Origin: a virus
Virus record (IMG/VR): IMGVR_UViG_3300047095_000535
Span: 1 to 64,000 of that record
Direction: 5' to 3' (one strand)
DNA length: 64,000 nucleotides
Below, in pieces: positions 59,072 to 64,000 of the stretch (position 1 is its first letter; every line of letters starts with the position of its first letter). Below the pieces are notes generated by a model. The model saw only the letters and a list, made by a program, of their open reading frames with translations, was not told where the DNA came from and searched no databases. The translations under genes and the position numbers were made by a program.

Positions 59072-59605
59072 ATGTCTAAGAAGTTTTACGCGGGGATCGG
59101 GAGTCGTGAGACACCTACATATGTTCGGCGCGACTTGACCGAAATAGCGAGAATCTTGGAGGGAAGGGGATATACTTTAAGATCTGGAAACGCCATAGGC
59201 GCGGATCAGGCGTTTGCTATGGGCGCGAAAAACGCTCAAATATGGTTGCCATGGGCGGGATTTGAAAACGATTTCAAACTATGTTATCCTAATCATGATT
59301 ATAGACTGGTTGATATATCCACGGATATGGAAGCGGTTGAATCGGTCCATAAGTTCCACAAGTCACCATATAGGTTGACCCCAAACGGGGTGTTTTTCAT
59401 GCAACGGAATTATAGACAAGTGGTAGGGTTGAATGAACCCGATTCATTGTTTATCGTATGTTGGACTCCCGAGGGGGAAGAGACCGGAGGAACTGGTCAA
59501 GCTATTAGAATCGCGAAAAGCCTATATATACCTGTTTTTAATGTTTTTAATTCAACTGCCAAACAACTTTTTTCAGAAATCGATAAATTGGAGATGTTAT
59601 CATGA
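59072..59605 (+). CDS. SLOG/DprA-like Rossmann-fold protein
   Basis: YAGIGSRETP, LRSGNAIGAD, RNYRQV and GGTGQAIRIA motifs. Confidence 0.8.
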   Translation: MSKKFYAGIGSRETPTYVRRDLTEIARILEGRGYTLRSGNAIGADQAFAMGAKNAQIWLPWAGFENDFKLCYPNHDYRLVDISTDMEAVESVHKFHKSPYRLTPNGVFFMQRNYRQVVGLNEPDSLFIVCWTPEGEETGGTGQAIRIAKSLYIPVFNVFNSTAKQLFSEIDKLEMLS

Positions 59606-60120
59606 ATATATTCACAAGCCCTTACTATAGGCACGATTCATGGAGACGAGTTAAGGCGTGGTTCAACCCTCGTCAAAAATGGCTGACCAAGGCGATTGGA
59701 AACACATGGATGGATCTGGATGGGGTGATCGAGACTACTCTATTTGAATGTATCAAGAGATATGTTGAAGCGGAAGAAGGATTGATAAGGGATTGGACTG
59801 GAAAAGAACTAGTAAAAGCTGAATTGGAAAGAGCGTATAAATATGCCAAACACGATAGACCTTTATTGCAAAAGGAGTTGGATGAGTCGTATCCTAAGTG
59901 TGTCGGGAACGGTGATATGTTTGCTCGCGTTGCTGTACCTATCGATAAAGGTGATGGCAAAACTAGCTGCTACTACCAAATGAAATCCTGCGAGGAGTTA
60001 TATGGGATGCCCTATGAAGAAGCTTATCGGGAAGTCAACAGACTGGAGCAGTTGATCAAAGAGACCGATGATGATATATTGGGTACCATCGTGAAGTATA
60101 GGGAATATATGTGGACGTGA
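59602..60120 (+). CDS. Hypothetical protein
   Basis: 172 aa. Confidence 0.6.
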   Translation: MNIFTSPYYRHDSWRRVKAWFNPRQKWLTKAIGNTWMDLDGVIETTLFECIKRYVEAEEGLIRDWTGKELVKAELERAYKYAKHDRPLLQKELDESYPKCVGNGDMFARVAVPIDKGDGKTSCYYQMKSCEELYGMPYEEAYREVNRLEQLIKETDDDILGTIVKYREYMWT

Positions 60121-60138
60121 TAAACACTAGGCCATACT
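60121..60138 (+). promoter_or_regulatory. TAAACACTAG-box promoter
   Basis: TAAACACTAG-GC-CATACT, in-frame ATG 5 nt later (60144). Confidence 0.75.
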
Positions 60139-60143
60139 TCGGC

Positions 60144-60590
60144 ATGTTGAAAGCGGAAGGTAAAGTATTCGTAGATATACGAAAGAAGCGAGTGGTCGTT
60201 ACCACTACGTATGACTTCGTGCGGTACTACCAATGGTTCATACATAGGGCTTATTGGGTGTGGGTGGACCTTCCCTTCCATGGCAGTCATATTACCATAG
60301 CCAATGACAAGTTACACAAGAATGTGAATTGGGCATGGGCGTATAAGAAGTACCATGGAAAGACCATTGAATGGGAGTATGACGAGGATATGATTATCGG
60401 AGGTTTCCGTAAAGGGTTTTATATGTTCTATATGAAGGTCTTTTCCAAAGACATGGAGGATATCAAAAAGGATATCGGAGTTCGTGAGAACGATGAATAT
60501 CGCGGACTTCATGTGACCCTTGGAAGTATTATGAAAGCTGGTGCTGTAGTAAGGTATTGGTGGCCCCCTATGATTGAGGTTAAACACTAG
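60144..60590 (+). CDS. 2H phosphoesterase-like protein
   Basis: Two HxT motifs (GSHITI, GLHVTLG) about 75 aa apart; start moved to 60144. Confidence 0.7.
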   Translation: MLKAEGKVFVDIRKKRVVVTTTYDFVRYYQWFIHRAYWVWVDLPFHGSHITIANDKLHKNVNWAWAYKKYHGKTIEWEYDEDMIIGGFRKGFYMFYMKVFSKDMEDIKKDIGVRENDEYRGLHVTLGSIMKAGAVVRYWWPPMIEVKH

Positions 60591-60598
60591 GATACGCT
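60581..60598 (+). promoter_or_regulatory. TAAACACTAG-box promoter
   Basis: TAAACACTAG-GA-TACGCT, ATG 6 nt later (60605). Confidence 0.75.
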
Positions 60599-60604
60599 GA
60601 GGGC

Positions 60605-61009
60605 ATGAAACGACGATGTATCATTTTGAGAGGAACTGCGGGAGTGGGGAAGTCCACTTTCTGCGATCTTATCGCGGAACCAAAGGTTGTATGTTGCGCG
60701 GATTTTTTCTTTGAAAAAGATGGTGAATATAATTGGGACGGGGCGAAGTTGAGAGAAGCGCATGAACAGTCCGTCAACGCTTTTAAACAGGCGTTACTAG
60801 ACCCTCATGTGGATAATATCATTGTTGCTAATACCAATTGTAAGGAGCGTGACCTTTCAGTGTATATTGAAGAAGCCGAAAAGTTGAACATACCAGTTAC
60901 GGTAGTGGTGTTGGAGAAAAGACATGACGGTGATAATCTTCATGGGGTACCTGATGAAGTGATTGCCCGACAAGAACAAAATCTAAGAAACAGTTTAAAG
61001 CTAAAATAA
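60605..61009 (+). CDS. P-loop polynucleotide kinase-like protein (AAA_33/N4BP2-like)
   Basis: ILRGTAGVGKST, CADFFF, IIVANTN and HGVP motifs. Confidence 0.85.
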   Translation: MKRRCIILRGTAGVGKSTFCDLIAEPKVVCCADFFFEKDGEYNWDGAKLREAHEQSVNAFKQALLDPHVDNIIVANTNCKERDLSVYIEEAEKLNIPVTVVVLEKRHDGDNLHGVPDEVIARQEQNLRNSLKLK

Positions 61010-61010
61010 T

Positions 61011-61418
61011 ATGAAAGACATAGACACGGCTCAACTAGCCAAGGATATATATAAGGCTAGAAAATATTTGGGCAAACCAATGAAATGGAGGTTTTCCAGT
61101 CCTTATGAAATGGATTTTACCGGACACACTATTTTAGTGGCGGTTGATCATACTACTGCTTCATCGTCGTCCGCGTTGGTAAGCAACGAGTTTAATAAAC
61201 AAGGATATTGTGTGGCTCTGATTGGAGATATTGGTAGGGTGATCCCTGTCAATAACTTGGTCGAGGAATCCCCGTACGAAGATGTATATTTAAATGAGAA
61301 CTATAAAGCCCGAGTCTTTGCCGATAAGATTATGGTGGACGGTAACGAGTTTCCTATAACCATCTTACAAGAATTACGGCTTGCCCATAGTGATGTGTTA
61401 GAAGCACTCTCCGACTAA
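61011..61418 (+). CDS. Hypothetical protein
   Basis: 135 aa. Confidence 0.55.
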   Translation: MKDIDTAQLAKDIYKARKYLGKPMKWRFSSPYEMDFTGHTILVAVDHTTASSSSALVSNEFNKQGYCVALIGDIGRVIPVNNLVEESPYEDVYLNENYKARVFADKIMVDGNEFPITILQELRLAHSDVLEALSD

Positions 61419-61428
61419 GAATAACTAT

Positions 61429-61701
61429 ATGACTACACATACTGAAGATTTTTTACAAACCCTAAAAACTCGCGAACTTTTATCAACACTGAATGATGTT
61501 AGAGCGTATAAGCAGAAACATGCGGATTCGATAGATAATTGGGTGGTTGAGTATAGGGAACGCCTACAAAACCAGTTATCGGACTATGACCATAGCATCG
61601 CCTTACTTAAGAAGGTTCTAGCCACTAGGGAACACGTTCCTAATAAGGTTGAACGCGCAAAGACCCGTAAAGAAAAACAACTAGCCAAACAGAATCGATA
61701 A
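61429..61701 (+). CDS. Hypothetical protein
   Basis: LKKVLATREHVPNKVE block. Confidence 0.6.
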   Translation: MTTHTEDFLQTLKTRELLSTLNDVRAYKQKHADSIDNWVVEYRERLQNQLSDYDHSIALLKKVLATREHVPNKVERAKTRKEKQLAKQNR

Positions 61702-61703
61702 TT

Positions 61704-62120
61704 ATGGCAAAACCTAAACAGATAGTTTTTCCTCCGGGGTTTGACCCGAACCGTAAACCACAGTTTCTTACAAGAAAACCTGTGGAGTTTATCGACGACA
61801 ACACGGAGAAAGCGCGTGTGGAGATATATGATGAGGATTGGGTGGATCTCGATCCCGGGTTGAAATGGCGGTTTACAGCAGAGCGTTACCCATACGATGA
61901 TTATTACACGTATTACATGGTTGGATACGTTAGAAATCGGGAGAAAAATCCTAATTATGAACGGGATCTGACCAATTACGAGTACCAGAAGGTCAAGCAT
62001 GAGGAAGCTATTAAGTTTTGGGAAGACTGGAAATCGATTTGGGATAAAGAACAACAAAAGAAAGCAGAAGAGAAAGAACGAGAAATACTTAAACAACTAA
62101 AAGAAAAATACGAAAAATGA
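61704..62120 (+). CDS. Hypothetical protein
   Basis: C-terminal REILKQLKEKYEK. Confidence 0.6.
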   Translation: MAKPKQIVFPPGFDPNRKPQFLTRKPVEFIDDNTEKARVEIYDEDWVDLDPGLKWRFTAERYPYDDYYTYYMVGYVRNREKNPNYERDLTNYEYQKVKHEEAIKFWEDWKSIWDKEQQKKAEEKEREILKQLKEKYEK

Positions 62121-62464
62121 ATGCTATTATGATGCTAACACCTTATAAGGACCGGGGAGTATGGATGTTTGATGACCCTTCGGTTGGACTATTACGCGAA
62201 CCCTTCGTGTTGGGTATCGGGGAAATCTTGGATAAGATGACCGAGGATATTGCCGATGCCGTTAAGGGGTTTAACCTGTTTTTCTCCTCTACTGAGTTTC
62301 CCGCATGTCAAGGGTTTCTTAATCGGTGGAAAGCGGACTCCGGAGGTACTTGGTATGTTTGGGTGACGGAAGAAATGGCAGGATGGTTATGCCCCGCATT
62401 GTTCAAATATTTTCAAATCGCTCCTGATGAATTGTACTTCCGAGCGGAAGCGATTAAACACTAA
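62117..62464 (+). CDS. Conserved hypothetical protein
   Basis: WMFDDPSVGLLREPFV...GWLCPALFKYF..APDELY pattern. Confidence 0.65.
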   Translation: MNAIMMLTPYKDRGVWMFDDPSVGLLREPFVLGIGEILDKMTEDIADAVKGFNLFFSSTEFPACQGFLNRWKADSGGTWYVWVTEEMAGWLCPALFKYFQIAPDELYFRAEAIKH

Positions 62465-62472
62465 GGTATGAT
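62455..62472 (+). promoter_or_regulatory. TAAACACTAG-box promoter
   Basis: TAAACACTAA-GG-TATGAT, ATG 6 nt later (62479), but that ORF has only 5 codons. Confidence 0.7.
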
Positions 62473-62595
62473 TGGCACATGATTCTCCCTGTATAGGGAA
62501 TCTATATGCTTCATGTTTACGTCAAGCATTGTTGGTGACATTTCCAACTTGCCACATTATTCATATAGTATATTTAACACCGAAGTCCATTCATA

Positions 62596-63708
62596 ATGAA
62601 AATATCTGAACAAATACTCCATTTTTTAAAAGCTCCTTCTGACGAGTTTAAGCTTAAGTATGGTCAGGTGTTTGGTAGAGACTGTGTGTTGATTACGCCT
62701 TCCGATATGGGAACACATTGGAACGCGGAAAACTCAATTTTTCGTAGTTGTTTATGTGATTGTAACAGCGGGCAGATTTATAATATCGGGTTTCGAAAGT
62801 TTGTAAACTTCTCCGAACGTCCGGAATATGAACCTTGGGATAACGAGTGGAAGGTAGAGGCTCGCCACAAAATAGATGGTTCACTGCTATGTATTTCAAA
62901 AATAGATAAAAATGTATTGGCTAGAACCAGAGGGGTGTTTGATGCTACAGTTCATGAGACTGGAGACGAGATAGAAACGTTTAAAAATAAGTATCCCTTG
63001 GTTTTTGATAATGAATATATAAACTCAGAAAGATACACGATATTATGCGAACATACTACACCAAATCGTGTCATAGTTATTAGAGAGCATTCAATACCTA
63101 CTCTAACCCTATTGGGTATTATATCCCACGACACTTGTAAATATGTGTCACAAGACGAGTTGGACGAGTGCGCTATTCGATGGGGAGTGAACCGTCCTGA
63201 AAAATATGAATATGCTTCCGTTTCGGAATGTCTCGCGGATGTGGCGGCTTGGAAAGGTAAGGAAGGGGTGGTACTATGTTCTCCTGATGGACAAACCCTG
63301 AAGAAAATCAAGGCGGATTTGTATCTGGAACTCCACAAGGTTTCTACGGGGTACACCAACATCAATCAGGTTTTGGACCTGTTCATGACCACTCCTCGAT
63401 TTCCTGATTGGAAGGACTTCTACACATATGTCGAAACCACTTTGGATTACGAGGTTGCGGAGAAGCTGTGTGGTCATATTGGCAAGATCAGCGACTCTTA
63501 TAAACTGGTTCTGGAGCATATCGACAAGATTCACAAGGCGGTGGACATGGTTCGTGGACCTTCGTTCACCCGTAAGGATCAAGCTTTGTTTATTACAGGG
63601 CGTTGGGACGATTGGAGAAAGGTAGCGGCGTTCCAGATACTTGACAACCGGGAATTGGATGATAAGGTTATCCGGAAGGGAATTGAGACTTACCTACTTT
63701 ACGATTAA
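62596..63708 (+). CDS. RNA ligase 1 (T4 Rnl1-like)
   Basis: FRKFVNFSE, motif I KIDGSL, RTRG, CEHTTPN, EGVVL, KKIKADLY. Confidence 0.88.
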   Translation: MKISEQILHFLKAPSDEFKLKYGQVFGRDCVLITPSDMGTHWNAENSIFRSCLCDCNSGQIYNIGFRKFVNFSERPEYEPWDNEWKVEARHKIDGSLLCISKIDKNVLARTRGVFDATVHETGDEIETFKNKYPLVFDNEYINSERYTILCEHTTPNRVIVIREHSIPTLTLLGIISHDTCKYVSQDELDECAIRWGVNRPEKYEYASVSECLADVAAWKGKEGVVLCSPDGQTLKKIKADLYLELHKVSTGYTNINQVLDLFMTTPRFPDWKDFYTYVETTLDYEVAEKLCGHIGKISDSYKLVLEHIDKIHKAVDMVRGPSFTRKDQALFITGRWDDWRKVAAFQILDNRELDDKVIRKGIETYLLYD

Positions 63709-63723
63709 ACACTACAATACAAT
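63706..63723 (+). promoter_or_regulatory. TAAACACTAG-box promoter
   Basis: TAAACACTAC-AA-TACAAT, ATG 6 nt later (63730). Confidence 0.75.
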
Positions 63724-63729
63724 AACAAC

Positions 63730-64000
63730 ATGAAAGCATATAAAGCAACTTACAACATGAAGTGTGAGACCCTTACCTATGAGGTAGGGAAGACGTATTC
63801 AATAACCAGTATGGAAATGTGTGACCACGGGTTTCACTTCTGTCCTGTCATGAGCGACGTTCTTGAGTTTTATCCTTATCATAAGGACTTCATTCTAATG
63901 GAAGTGGAGATTCTTGGGAAGAGGGTGATTAAAAGGGAGAAAGGTCTTACTGATAAGATGAGGGTGGTTCGCATCGTTCCCCCGGAAGAGTATGAGTTTG
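63730..64000 (+). CDS. Paralogue of 45026..45904 (partial, runs off right edge)
   Basis: MKAYKATYNMKCETLTYEVGKTYSITSMEMCDHGFHFCP...; shares a 37-nt exact DNA match with the paralogue. Confidence 0.8.
   Translation, partial: MKAYKATYNMKCETLTYEVGKTYSITSMEMCDHGFHFCPVMSDVLEFYPYHKDFILMEVEILGKRVIKREKGLTDKMRVVRIVPPEEYEF

Noticed and set aside
267-63625. Many short ORFs in the track antisense to or nested in larger genes (e.g. 267..563, 29053..29610, 45166..45726, 61584..62096)
   Set aside because: They are shadow frames of well-supported genes, with no motifs or promoter boxes.
40398-63723. TAAACACTAG repeats as a CRISPR array or integron attC sites
   Set aside because: The repeats are only 10 bp, separated by whole genes at irregular distances and non-palindromic. 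No cas or integrase gene is present, and the fixed -10 hexamer and start-codon spacing fit a promoter.
45026-64000. Paralogue pair as diversity-generating retroelement TR/VR
   Set aside because: Differences are not confined to adenines, both copies are coding with their own promoters, and no reverse transcriptase is in the window.
1-64000. Stop-codon reassignment as in some large phages
   Set aside because: Conserved genes are full length in the standard code, and TAA, TAG and TGA all terminate genes.

Overview
This window is 64 kb of a large T4-like (myovirus-type) bacteriophage genome, with no sign of cellular genes. The left part (about 1-38.6 kb) is a rearranged virion module. It holds tail-fibre-like and baseplate proteins (gp25, gp6, gp53, gp26, gp27/gp48/gp54-like), neck gp14, terminase gp17 and a probable gp16, gp3, sheath gp18, tube gp19 and a tape measure. 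A rhamnose-type nucleotide-sugar pair (NRS/ER-type epimerase-reductase plus RmlA) and a clamp-loader subunit interrupt it. The right part (about 38.7-64 kb) is a plus-strand run of small accessory genes rich in RNA/nucleotide end-processing enzymes: two RNA ligases, a P-loop kinase, 2H, HAD, calcineurin-like and histidine phosphatases, a cyclic-phosphate receiver domain, a macro domain, a SLOG protein and a PTH2-like protein. It also has rIIB, a LAGLIDADG endonuclease and a tRNA-like 69-nt element. The most striking signal is regulatory. Three promoter-like classes place the predicted transcription start on or next to the start codon: a sigma70 type with a 16-bp spacer, 14 copies of a TAAACACTAG-N2-(-10 hexamer) element, and about 27 TAAATA late boxes. 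No Shine-Dalgarno sequences are evident at these starts, which suggests a largely leaderless expression programme with an unusual middle-type promoter. All protein family calls come from motif recognition by eye, not from database searches.
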